Positions 10,392 through 18,752 of a stretch of 64,000 nt of DNA are shown piece by piece. Under the pieces are notes generated by a model that did no database searches, was not told the DNA's origin, and saw only the letters and a list, made by a program, of their open reading frames with translations. Numbering within the stretch: position 1 is the stretch's first letter; each line of letters starts with the position of its first letter. The translations under genes were made by a program, and so were the position numbers. Source of the stretch: an uncultured Planctomycetia bacterium (GTDB lineage Bacteria > Omnitrophota > Gorgyraeia > 2-02-FULL-51-18); the NCBI GenBank assembly GCA_964642015.1, contig CAZXLF010000001.1, forward strand, positions 116,846 through 180,845, in the 5' to 3' direction.

Positions 10392-11027
10392 ATGGCCGTT
10401 ATGATCTTCGGTGCATTCTTTGCTATCATTTTATTATTGTTTTTTTTCGTCGCGGGTTTTTTCGTCCTTGCTGTTTTTCCGGTCTGGATGCTGATCGAAT
10501 GTTTCCGCTCGCGCATACTCCCGCAGGCTATTAAACTTCTATGGGTCGTCAGCATTGTGATGGCCTGGCCTTTCGGGAGCCTGGCCTACGCTTCATTTGC
10601 TTCACATAAAAGATCGTTGGCCCGCATTTCCAATACGGTCATCATTCTTTTGATCATCAGTAGCGTTGTTTTTAGCGGAGGCATTTTTTATTTTAGGAGC
10701 GCACTCTTGCCTCAGGCGGTGGACCGGTATCAAAAGATGGAATTGAGCGGAGCCACGAAAGAGCAACAGGAGCTGATCAAAGCGGACCTTGTTGTGCTGA
10801 AGAACGAAATGCAGGCCAATTCATTTTTTTCGGTAAAATCGCTGGCTGCGCTCCAGCTTTTTGAGCTTTTTCAGTCTCTGATCATCCGTTCAAAGGTTTC
10901 TCCGGCGGAATGGGGCGATTGGACCCATCAGGTTGAGTTGAGGACATCAGTCCAAGACAAGTCGATTGCCGAATATATGAATTTATTGAGAGAAAAAACC
11001 ATCCAAAACATCCTAAAAACGTCCTAG
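10392..11027 (+). CDS. membrane protein with a PLDc_N (phospholipase-D N-terminal-like) domain
   Basis: Two TM helices. KLLWVVSIVMAWPFGSLAY matches the PLDc_N consensus (KxxW...P..G...Y). It is followed by a soluble tail of about 100 aa. Confidence 0.5.
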   Translation: MAVMIFGAFFAIILLLFFFVAGFFVLAVFPVWMLIECFRSRILPQAIKLLWVVSIVMAWPFGSLAYASFASHKRSLARISNTVIILLIISSVVFSGGIFYFRSALLPQAVDRYQKMELSGATKEQQELIKADLVVLKNEMQANSFFSVKSLAALQLFELFQSLIIRSKVSPAEWGDWTHQVELRTSVQDKSIAEYMNLLREKTIQNILKTS

Positions 11028-11093
11028 GGCGCACTCACAAAAAAGCTTGTCAATTCTCGTAGGTTCACATTAAAATAACGGTAGAGGAAACCA

Positions 11094-12485
11094 ATGGCTA
11101 AAAAGTCCGTTATTACCCTTATCTTGATTTTTGCTGTTTTAACAACCGCGAACGATCTTTTTGCGAGTCCATCCGCCAGACAATATGCTATCGGCTACTT
11201 GAACGCCCAAAGAGTGATGTCTCCGGATGAGATGCAGCTTGCCAATTATCTTGTTCAGCGATCAGAAATATTAAAAGGTTTATCGAAAAATAAGACATCT
11301 CATACGCTGAAACATCAGCTTAAGATCATCAATACCAAGATCACGTATCTTGACAATCAGATCAAAAAAAATCGAAAAGGTACGCAAGTGACAACCGTTA
11401 AACATGCAGCAGCTCCTGCGGTCCCAAGCGTTCCAAAAAAACCAAAGAATGTTCAGAAGGCAGCAGTAAAAGCGCCGGCTCACGTTGTTGCCAAACCTAA
11501 AATAACATCGCAGACCGCGCCGGTTTTGAACCCTGTAAAAGCTTCAGAATCCGAGGCGTTGCCTGAGATTATTAAGCCGAAAGCATCTTCAATTCCTCAG
11601 AAGCATGAAGTTTATCGCTTTGAAAATCCTTCAAACGCACCTGTTTTTAAGCAAACAGAGATTGCCGCCCCTAAAGTTCTTGATACGGCGCCATTGACAC
11701 CTGCCGAGCCCAAAACGATTGAGCCCATTACAAGAATTCAAACTTCTTCCTCGAGTTCTGATTTCAAAATCGTTCAACCCTCTGCTGTAAAAACAGAAAT
11801 GAGCGCGCTTTCGGCGACAAACACAACGCCGGTTTCAATGCCTGTTATTCATGAGAATGATTTTAAGACCGCGGTTCTGCCGCAAAATGCAGGCTCTCAA
11901 ATCATCCCTGTTCAAACGCCCGCGGTCCCGGCGTCAGTAGTAACGGTTATGCCGAAGCCGGTAGAATCCCATCTAACTACCGTGAATATTCCTGCTGCTC
12001 CGGAAATTGTTTCAGTTGAAAAAGTTCCTGCAGTTTCTGTGCCGGCCAATGTGACGCAGGACAGTGCGCTACAGCCGCAACAAACTCTATCAGATTCAAT
12101 GTCAACTCAGGTTGTGTCTTTACCCAGAACACCCGCGCCTGCGCATATCGAAGAGCCTTCTAAGGTAGTTCCTGTTGAAGTGAAGATGCCGATGGCGGAA
12201 ACGGTCGCCCCTGCACAATCGCAAGAGTCAGGCGCTTTAAAAGGGATCAACTGGATTGCGATGTCGCGCGAAGAGAAAGAAATGTATGTTTTTTCTGCCA
12301 TGGGCGCTTTGGTCAAACATGATGTTGTGTCAATGAAACCCTCTTATTTTTACATCGATGAGCTTGACAATGCTCTCGCAAAAGATCCTTCCAAAAAAGA
12401 TCAGTACATAGACGATCTTTTCATATCCAGCATTTATCAAAACGAGCCTGATACGCGCTCTTCGATTGATAAGATACGCCGCTGA
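11094..12485 (+). CDS. secreted proline/valine/alanine-rich low-complexity protein
   Basis: Signal peptide MAKKSVITLILIFAVLTTANDLFA. There is a long P/V/A/S/T-rich middle region and a structured C-terminal region of about 100 aa. Confidence 0.5.
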   Translation: MAKKSVITLILIFAVLTTANDLFASPSARQYAIGYLNAQRVMSPDEMQLANYLVQRSEILKGLSKNKTSHTLKHQLKIINTKITYLDNQIKKNRKGTQVTTVKHAAAPAVPSVPKKPKNVQKAAVKAPAHVVAKPKITSQTAPVLNPVKASESEALPEIIKPKASSIPQKHEVYRFENPSNAPVFKQTEIAAPKVLDTAPLTPAEPKTIEPITRIQTSSSSSDFKIVQPSAVKTEMSALSATNTTPVSMPVIHENDFKTAVLPQNAGSQIIPVQTPAVPASVVTVMPKPVESHLTTVNIPAAPEIVSVEKVPAVSVPANVTQDSALQPQQTLSDSMSTQVVSLPRTPAPAHIEEPSKVVPVEVKMPMAETVAPAQSQESGALKGINWIAMSREEKEMYVFSAMGALVKHDVVSMKPSYFYIDELDNALAKDPSKKDQYIDDLFISSIYQNEPDTRSSIDKIRR

Positions 12486-12606
12486 AAAATCTGCACGGAA
12501 AAATAAAAAATAGCATATTATTGTTTACGTTTTATACAAAAATGTGTATAATGTCTCCAAAATATATTATTTTGGCCTAATACATAAGCTTAAAAGGGGA
12601 GAACAA

Positions 12607-13224
12607 ATGATGCGGACAGCAGCAATGATCGTGGGGGCGCTTTTAGTTTCCTCGACTTTTGCTTTGGCGATGCCTGATAGAACTGAAAAAACAGACATCG
12701 GTTTTCAGATCGGCGGTTTAATTCCTGACAGCAACCAAATGAATTCAGAAATGTACATCGGTGGCAGTGCATCTTACGGCATTACGGACTGGTTTGCGCT
12801 CGGCATTGAAACCGGTTATGGTGATGCCAGAAATAAATTTGCAGTAGGTCCTACGCAATATAATACTCATTTAAGCCATATCCCGCTGTTTTTCGATATG
12901 ATATTCCGATATACAAAAATGACCGACTATAATGTGGTCCCTTACGGCGTTTTTGGTTTAGGCGGGGTCTTTTTTGATGTCCATGGACAGGGGACATTGA
13001 ATGATGCCAACCTTAAGCTTGATGTCAGCAATTCGTTCGCTATTAAACTTGGCGCCGGCGCGGACTGGTTCTTTAATGAAAATTGGGCGTTGAATTTTGA
13101 AGCCAGCTACGTTTGGGTTGATGATGATGCCAAGATCAGAGATCTGGGTACCGGTAATGCTGTAGATACGGCCGGGCTGGATTATTGGACGGTCGAAGGC
13201 GCGATCAAATACGTGTTTGATTGA
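12607..13224 (+). CDS. outer-membrane beta-barrel protein (OmpW/OmpA-like porin family)
   Basis: Start taken at ATGATG, after aaaagggga. Signal peptide MMRTAAMIVGALLVSSTFALA. It has alternating amphipathic strands and an aromatic-rich C-terminus (KYVFD). Confidence 0.55.
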   Translation: MMRTAAMIVGALLVSSTFALAMPDRTEKTDIGFQIGGLIPDSNQMNSEMYIGGSASYGITDWFALGIETGYGDARNKFAVGPTQYNTHLSHIPLFFDMIFRYTKMTDYNVVPYGVFGLGGVFFDVHGQGTLNDANLKLDVSNSFAIKLGAGADWFFNENWALNFEASYVWVDDDAKIRDLGTGNAVDTAGLDYWTVEGAIKYVFD

Positions 13225-13274
13225 TACTCACGGTTTAAACCACATCATTTATTGGTGATCAGTTTTTCTTATCC

Positions 13275-13478
13275 ATGGCCAAGGGCGGTAAATCCTCGAC
13301 CAATCTTCTAAGAATATCGGGTATTATCTTTGGAATAGCCGGCGCGTTTCATGTCACCCGGTATTTTGGGCGGTGGTTTTTTCGAGTCGGTTCATTCGAG
13401 CTGACTTATTTGGGAAGTCTCATCATCGGAAGTCTTCTGCTTATCTTGTCGATAGCATGCTTCAAAAATTCGAAGTGA
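13275..13478 (+). CDS. small two-TM membrane protein
   Basis: 67 aa with two hydrophobic segments and no recognised family. Confidence 0.35.
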   Translation: MAKGGKSSTNLLRISGIIFGIAGAFHVTRYFGRWFFRVGSFELTYLGSLIIGSLLLILSIACFKNSK

Positions 13479-13541
13479 TAATAGCTTACTAGATTAGTAA
13501 TATATAGTTATGTTTTTAAAGTTTTAATCCTACGGATTCAG

Positions 13542-13570
13542 TTGACATTAAAACCTGCTTGTTGTATGAT
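13542..13570 (+). promoter_or_regulatory. sigma70-type promoter upstream of the sulfite reductase gene
   Basis: TTGACA at 13542-13547, a 17-nt spacer, then TATGAT at 13565-13570. Confidence 0.45.
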
Positions 13571-13637
13571 CTTATTACCTGATGGATTTTTTAGCTTTAT
13601 CAGGTTATAATCCCAGCTTAACAAAAAAGGGTCTTTT

Positions 13638-15446
13638 ATGGCTTTGCAGGAAATTTTAAATCAAACGGCGGTATTCGAAGAAAAGAGCGAACAAAAACTC
13701 TCTCCGGAGGCAGAAGCGGAGATTCGGCGATTTGACGTCGAGATCGCTCGCCTTGAAAAAGGAGAGCTTGATCCGGATGATTTCAAGAAATTCCGCCTCG
13801 AAAATGGTGTTTACGGCATTCGCGGCGCAACGGACCGGCACATGATTCGCATCAAGATCCGTTACGGGTTCATGAATCCGCTTCAGCTTGAGCGCATCGC
13901 GGACATTACGGAAAAATACGCACCGAATAAATTAGCGCACGTCACGACTCGCCAAGCCATTCAGCTTCATGAGATTAAACGCACGGACGTGCCCGCTATC
14001 TTAAGGATGTTGGCTGAAGTAGGGCTGACCAGCCGCGAAGCCTGCGGAAATACGGTCCGGAATGTGACCGCTTCTCATTATGCCGGCATTTCACCCAAGG
14101 AAGTTTTTGATGTGACACCTTATGCGGATCTTTTAAGCCTTTATTTTTTGAGAAATCCTGTTTGCCAAAATCTGCCTCGTAAATTCAAGATCGCCTTCGA
14201 AGGAAGCGCCGAAGAAGATTATGCTAAGGTAGGGATCCATGATCTCGGGTTTGTAGCGCAGAAAAAGATCGTGAACGGAAAAGAAGTGAGAGGGTTTGCT
14301 GTGTATGTCGGCGGAGGGCTTGGCAGCACGCCTTATCCGGCCCAGCTTCTCGATGAATTTTGTCCGATAGAGCTTTATTTGCCGACCGCTGAAGCGGTGA
14401 TCCGTCTTTTTGACAGGAACGGCGAGCGCAAGGACAAGAACCGTGCGCGTATTAAATATCTCGTCGCTAAATGGGGGATCGAAGTATTCCGTAAAGAATT
14501 TTTTGATGAGCGCCGTCAAGTTGTTGCGACCGGCTCAGGCAAAGAAGCATTTTGGAAACTGCGTTTTGACGAAGAGAAAGCGCCTGTTCTTAAGGAATCC
14601 GCGCCGACACAGGCGCCGGCAGTTCCTGTAGGTTTTGAAGAGTGGCTCAAATCCAATACATTTGAACAAAAGCAAAAAGGCTATTTCGCGGCGCATGTGC
14701 GCTGCCCGCTCGGTGATATCAATCCGGAACAGATGAGAAAACTTGCCAAGATCTCGCGCTTGTTCTGCGGCGGACGCATGAGAACGACGATCGCGCAAAA
14801 TATCCTGCTCCATTGGGTGCCCAAAGATTCTTTAAAGGCGCTTTATTCCCATCTTTCACAGGCAGGACTTTCGCATAGAGGTGCCAATGAGATCACGGAC
14901 ATTACGCGCTGTCCCGGTGCCGATACCTGCCAGATAGCGATCACGCATTCCAAAGGACTCGCATTTGAGATGAGCAAGCTTTTCGAAAATGGCTCCGGTC
15001 TCGGCAACGACCCGGAGTTCAAAAATATCACGATCAAGATCTCAGGCTGCACAAACTCCTGTGGTCAGCATCACATCGCGAACATCGGTTTTCATGGTGC
15101 TTCCAAGAACGTTGATTCCAAAGCCGTACCTCATTATCAATTGATGATCGGAGGCTATACGGATGTGAATGGTGTGGCGGTATTCGGCAAGCGCATCGCG
15201 CAAATTCCCGCCAAACGCACACCCGAGGCCACTCGCGCGATCCTCGAGGCTTTCAAAAAAGATAAAGGCACTCAGGAAAGCTTTGTGGAATGGTCCGGCC
15301 GTGTCGGGACCGTGAAACTCAAAGAGATCGTTGAGCCCTTTACTTCGATCCCATCGTTCGACAAAGATCCAAAGATGTACGAGGATCTTGGCGATCCCGG
15401 AAAGCTCTTCAAAGTTGAGATGGGCAAGGGCGAGTGCGCCGCTTAA
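13638..15446 (+). CDS. ferredoxin-dependent sulfite/nitrite reductase (siroheme-[4Fe-4S] hemoprotein)
   Basis: 602 aa. The cluster-binding motifs CPGADTCQ and SGCTNSCGQHHIANIGFHG are present, with full NirA/Sir-like architecture. Confidence 0.9.
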   Translation: MALQEILNQTAVFEEKSEQKLSPEAEAEIRRFDVEIARLEKGELDPDDFKKFRLENGVYGIRGATDRHMIRIKIRYGFMNPLQLERIADITEKYAPNKLAHVTTRQAIQLHEIKRTDVPAILRMLAEVGLTSREACGNTVRNVTASHYAGISPKEVFDVTPYADLLSLYFLRNPVCQNLPRKFKIAFEGSAEEDYAKVGIHDLGFVAQKKIVNGKEVRGFAVYVGGGLGSTPYPAQLLDEFCPIELYLPTAEAVIRLFDRNGERKDKNRARIKYLVAKWGIEVFRKEFFDERRQVVATGSGKEAFWKLRFDEEKAPVLKESAPTQAPAVPVGFEEWLKSNTFEQKQKGYFAAHVRCPLGDINPEQMRKLAKISRLFCGGRMRTTIAQNILLHWVPKDSLKALYSHLSQAGLSHRGANEITDITRCPGADTCQIAITHSKGLAFEMSKLFENGSGLGNDPEFKNITIKISGCTNSCGQHHIANIGFHGASKNVDSKAVPHYQLMIGGYTDVNGVAVFGKRIAQIPAKRTPEATRAILEAFKKDKGTQESFVEWSGRVGTVKLKEIVEPFTSIPSFDKDPKMYEDLGDPGKLFKVEMGKGECAA

Positions 15447-15469
15447 AAGATTCCAAGAGGAAAGCTTAA

Positions 15470-15751
15470 TTGAGACTATACCAATCTGATGCGACAGGAA
15501 ACATTAAACCAATTGAAATAGACATTCCTGAGAACGTTGTTCCCATGGCCTCGGGAAGTTATGTGACCTCACAATTACAAAATTTAAATCCTCAGGCAAT
15601 CCTTCCAATAACTACAGCAAATACAATTCAATTTGCGGCACAAGAAGCTGAGAAAGAAGGATGGAGACTTAAGAGAGTAAAACTTGGCTTAAGTTTAAAT
15701 CCCTTGAACTTTTTTAGCTTGAATCTTGAGTGGGAAAAGGATAGCTATTAG
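15470..15751 (+). CDS. hypothetical protein in a low-GC islet
   Basis: 93-aa ORF in a region of about 38% GC against a background of about 50%. No recognised motif. Confidence 0.3.
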   Translation: MRLYQSDATGNIKPIEIDIPENVVPMASGSYVTSQLQNLNPQAILPITTANTIQFAAQEAEKEGWRLKRVKLGLSLNPLNFFSLNLEWEKDSY

Positions 15752-15779
15752 GTCTAACTACGTCTCTCCTAGTTAATCA

Positions 15780-15818
15780 AAAAGAGATACATTAGTTTCT
15801 TGTGATGAAATTCTTCAC
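15780..15818. repeat. imperfect direct repeat, copy A (about 40 bp)
   Basis: aaaagagatacattagtttcttgtgatgaaattcttcac. About 31 of 40 positions match copy B at 16401-16440. Confidence 0.45.
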
Positions 15819-15875
15819 TGTATTTGCTGATGAGTTTAAATTCACTAAGGATAATTTTCAATAGTTAGGCTTACT

Positions 15876-16370
15876 ATGAATGAAGAAATTGTTTTTAAAA
15901 AAGGTTTTATCTCCGGACACGCCACTCGTAAAGGCGAGTTTAGATTCGCTAAGCTTATTAATTTTTCCGGGTATACTTTAAGGTATCCACTGCACTACAG
16001 AGGTTCCTTAACTCTTAGATTGACCGATAAATCAATTTATCTAACGTGCATGTCTTTTCCTGTATGGCAATCAACCTTATTGGAGATCACTTCGGTTAAA
16101 ATTAAACCATTATTTGCGTACGGGGCAGCTCATATAGAATCTCAGAACAATGACACAGGTTTTTTCTTTGTTACGGGTAAATTAGATCAGCTATTAGATG
16201 CTTTCAAAAAATTAAATATAAAAGTAGAATATGATCAGAAATCTTTAGAAGATTATCGAAACAGAGCCAAAATACTTTCTAATCCAATAGTCGTAGTGGT
16301 TGGTATTATTCTAGGGGCAGCTTTCATTTTATTTCTTTTTTATTTTTCTTGGCATAATACAAAGGTGTAA
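15876..16370 (+). CDS. hypothetical C-terminally membrane-anchored protein in a low-GC islet
   Basis: 164 aa with a C-terminal TM segment (IVVVVGIILGAAFILFLFYF). It is flanked by the two direct-repeat copies. Confidence 0.4.
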   Translation: MNEEIVFKKGFISGHATRKGEFRFAKLINFSGYTLRYPLHYRGSLTLRLTDKSIYLTCMSFPVWQSTLLEITSVKIKPLFAYGAAHIESQNNDTGFFFVTGKLDQLLDAFKKLNIKVEYDQKSLEDYRNRAKILSNPIVVVVGIILGAAFILFLFYFSWHNTKV

Positions 16371-16400
16371 ATCATAAACCGACCCTTATCCCTATTGACC

Positions 16401-16440
16401 AAAAGGGGACACCTTAGTTTTTCGTGATGAGATTCTTCGA
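16401..16440. repeat. imperfect direct repeat, copy B
   Basis: aaaaggggacaccttagtttttcgtgatgagattcttcga. Partner of copy A at 15780-15818. Confidence 0.45.
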
Positions 16441-16487
16441 TATGCTCAGAATGACGTTCAGGATATTTCCGCTAAAGAAAGGCGAGA

Positions 16488-17093
16488 CTAGCTCACATTT
16501 TGTACAACGTGGGAAATTTGCCTGTAGCAGTACCGGATCTCTCCGCTGAAGGAATAAAACGGCACATAGAAACTTTCAGGTAAATCACCGGCTTTCCACG
16601 GCTGTATCTGCATGGCTGAATCCAGGAGCCATGTTTGTTCCGACTTATCCACGTAGACGACCCACGCATGGAATATGCTGTCAAAAGAATGATATTTGCC
16701 GATCATGAGACTGACATTGTTATAGCCGTTCTTTTTTAGCTCCGTATAAAGCCATACTGCTTTGTCTGCGCAATTTCCGCTGCCTTTCAGACTCGTTTCT
16801 TCAGCGCTTTGCCACCGGATATTCTCAGGATTTGACACATAACGGTAGGATCGAGCGATCATAAAGAGTTCATTGGCCGATCTGGGTTTGGATTTATGGG
16901 GTTTATCGAGATTGATCTTAGACTCATTGAAAAATCCCGCGTTATCAAGCCGCTGATCGAACGGAGTTTCTGACACTAGATGGGGGGAGTATGCTAATCC
17001 ATTGGCCCACAAATTGATGCCCGGATCGAAGACAGCGCATAGGATGAAAATCACAAGGGCAAAGTATTGCGACCGCGGGAACGGATTTTTCAT
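16488..17093 (-). CDS. secreted transglutaminase-like / papain-fold cysteine peptidase domain protein
   Basis: N-terminal TM/signal segment. GNCADKAVWLY supplies the Cys, and FHAWVVYVD the His/Asp, of a transglutaminase-like catalytic triad. Confidence 0.5.
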   Translation of the reverse strand: MKNPFPRSQYFALVIFILCAVFDPGINLWANGLAYSPHLVSETPFDQRLDNAGFFNESKINLDKPHKSKPRSANELFMIARSYRYVSNPENIRWQSAEETSLKGSGNCADKAVWLYTELKKNGYNNVSLMIGKYHSFDSIFHAWVVYVDKSEQTWLLDSAMQIQPWKAGDLPESFYVPFYSFSGEIRYCYRQISHVVQNVS

Positions 17094-17236
17094 TCAAGCC
17101 TCCGAAGTTTGCGCATCATTTTAGAGTGGGCCTACATGTCACAGATCACTACGCAACATAGTATAACAGTGATAGTAAAAAGCGCATTAAATTAGGATTA
17201 ATGTTTTGTCATGTTCGCCGTAGAAAAAGTTGAACG

Positions 17237-17265
17237 TTGACAACTTTTGCTGATTAGTTTAGATT
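17237..17265 (+). promoter_or_regulatory. promoter-like element in the long thyA upstream region
   Basis: TTGACA at 17237-17242, a 17-nt spacer, then TAGATT at 17260-17265. Confidence 0.3.
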
Positions 17266-17322
17266 CCTGTTAGGAACCGTCACAAATTTTCTTTTCATTA
17301 CTTTGTTAGTCTTTGTTAAAAT

Positions 17323-17350
17323 AGCTTCATGCGAAGCTTAGTTTTTTCTT
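17323..17350 (+). terminator. hairpin plus U-tract (attenuator or sRNA terminator candidate) 60 nt upstream of thyA
   Basis: agcttc-atgc-gaagct (6-bp stem) followed by tagttttttcttt. Confidence 0.3.
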
Positions 17351-17411
17351 TAGAATTTGTTAGGATCTCCAAGAATGGCTGATGATCTTTCGTTTGTTAT
17401 AAAATAATCCC

Positions 17412-18206
17412 ATGAAACCTTACCTGGATCTGGTTCAACATATTTTGGACCACGGCACGGAAAAATCCGATCGAACAGGCACCGGCACGAAAAGCGTTTT
17501 CGGTTATCAGATGCGTTTTGACCTGTCCAAGGGGTTTCCGCTTGTCACGACAAAAAAAGTTCATCTGCGGTCTATCATCCATGAATTGCTTTGGTTTTTA
17601 AAAGGGGAGACCAATATCCAGTATCTTAAGGATAATCAGGTTTCGATATGGGACGAATGGTCTGACGCGAACGGTGATCTGGGACCTGTGTATGGCAAGC
17701 AATGGCGGCGTTGGGAAACCAAGGATGGCCGTGTGATAGATCAAGTTTCGCAAGTGGTTGAGCTGATCAAGAAGAATCCCGACAGCCGGCGCATGATCGT
17801 CAGCGCTTGGAACGTAGGCGAGCTTGACAAAATGGCGCTGATGCCTTGCCATGCACTTTTTCAATTCTATGTCGCCGGCGGAAAACTTTCCTGTCAGTTG
17901 TATCAACGAAGCGCCGATGTTTTTCTCGGTGTGCCGTTCAATATTGCGAGCTATGCGCTTCTTACTCTGATGATCGCGCAAGCGACCGGACTCGAACCCG
18001 GAGACTTCGTACACACTTTCGGGGATGCTCATATTTACGCCAATCATTTTGAACAGGCGAAACTGCAGCTTTCCCGTCTCCCAAGACCGATGCCCCAAAT
18101 GAGACTGAATCCGAATATTAAAAATATCTTTGATTTCAGATTTGAAGATTTTGAACTTTTGAATTATGATCCGTATCCGGCTATCAAGGCCCCGATCGCC
18201 GTTTAA
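17412..18206 (+). CDS. thyA: thymidylate synthase
   Basis: 264 aa with the classic ThyA sequence (DRTGTGT, active-site ALMPCHA, the C-terminus ending AIKAPIAV). Confidence 0.95.
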   Translation: MKPYLDLVQHILDHGTEKSDRTGTGTKSVFGYQMRFDLSKGFPLVTTKKVHLRSIIHELLWFLKGETNIQYLKDNQVSIWDEWSDANGDLGPVYGKQWRRWETKDGRVIDQVSQVVELIKKNPDSRRMIVSAWNVGELDKMALMPCHALFQFYVAGGKLSCQLYQRSADVFLGVPFNIASYALLTLMIAQATGLEPGDFVHTFGDAHIYANHFEQAKLQLSRLPRPMPQMRLNPNIKNIFDFRFEDFELLNYDPYPAIKAPIAV

Positions 18207-18680
18207 ATGATCTATCACGTCGTGGCGGTCTCCAAGAATGGCGTGATCGGAAAAGGCGGTAAATTGCCTTGGCATTTTGCGGCGGATCTGAAATTTTTTA
18301 AAAATCTCACGACCGGCCATACAGTCGTCATGGGCCGCAAAACTTTTGACAGCATTGGCAAACCCCTGCCAGATCGTGAAAATATCGTGATCAGCCACCA
18401 CGTGGATCACAAGGCGGCGGGTATAAAATTTGCAAAGAGCATTGACGAGGCGCTCGAGCGCGCTGGAAAAGGAAAAATCTTTATCATCGGCGGCGCCTCT
18501 ATTTATCGCGAAACCGCTCATTTGATCGATGGTATTTACTTGACGCGGATCGATCAAGACTATGAAGGCGACACGTTTTATTCGGGAATTCCGGATGGAT
18601 TCAGGGAAGTTTCGCGAGAAAAACTTCAGGAAAACCCGTTGATCGAGGCGTCCCTATATATCCGAGGCGTGACAATATGA
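18207..18680 (+). CDS. folA: dihydrofolate reductase
   Basis: 157 aa with VSKNGVIGKGGKLPW and VVMGRKTF motifs. Its ATG directly abuts the thyA TAA. Confidence 0.9.
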   Translation: MIYHVVAVSKNGVIGKGGKLPWHFAADLKFFKNLTTGHTVVMGRKTFDSIGKPLPDRENIVISHHVDHKAAGIKFAKSIDEALERAGKGKIFIIGGASIYRETAHLIDGIYLTRIDQDYEGDTFYSGIPDGFREVSREKLQENPLIEASLYIRGVTI

Positions 18681-18752
18681 ATGGACCATATAGCAAATAT
18701 TTACTGCCCTTTTTCCCGATAAAATTATGGATCACATCTGTTATAACAACTT

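Noticed and set aside
17598-18557. 319-aa minus-strand ORF
   Set aside because: It lies entirely antisense to thyA and folA, which have unambiguous motifs. It is Arg/His-rich with no motifs, typical of a spurious antisense frame.
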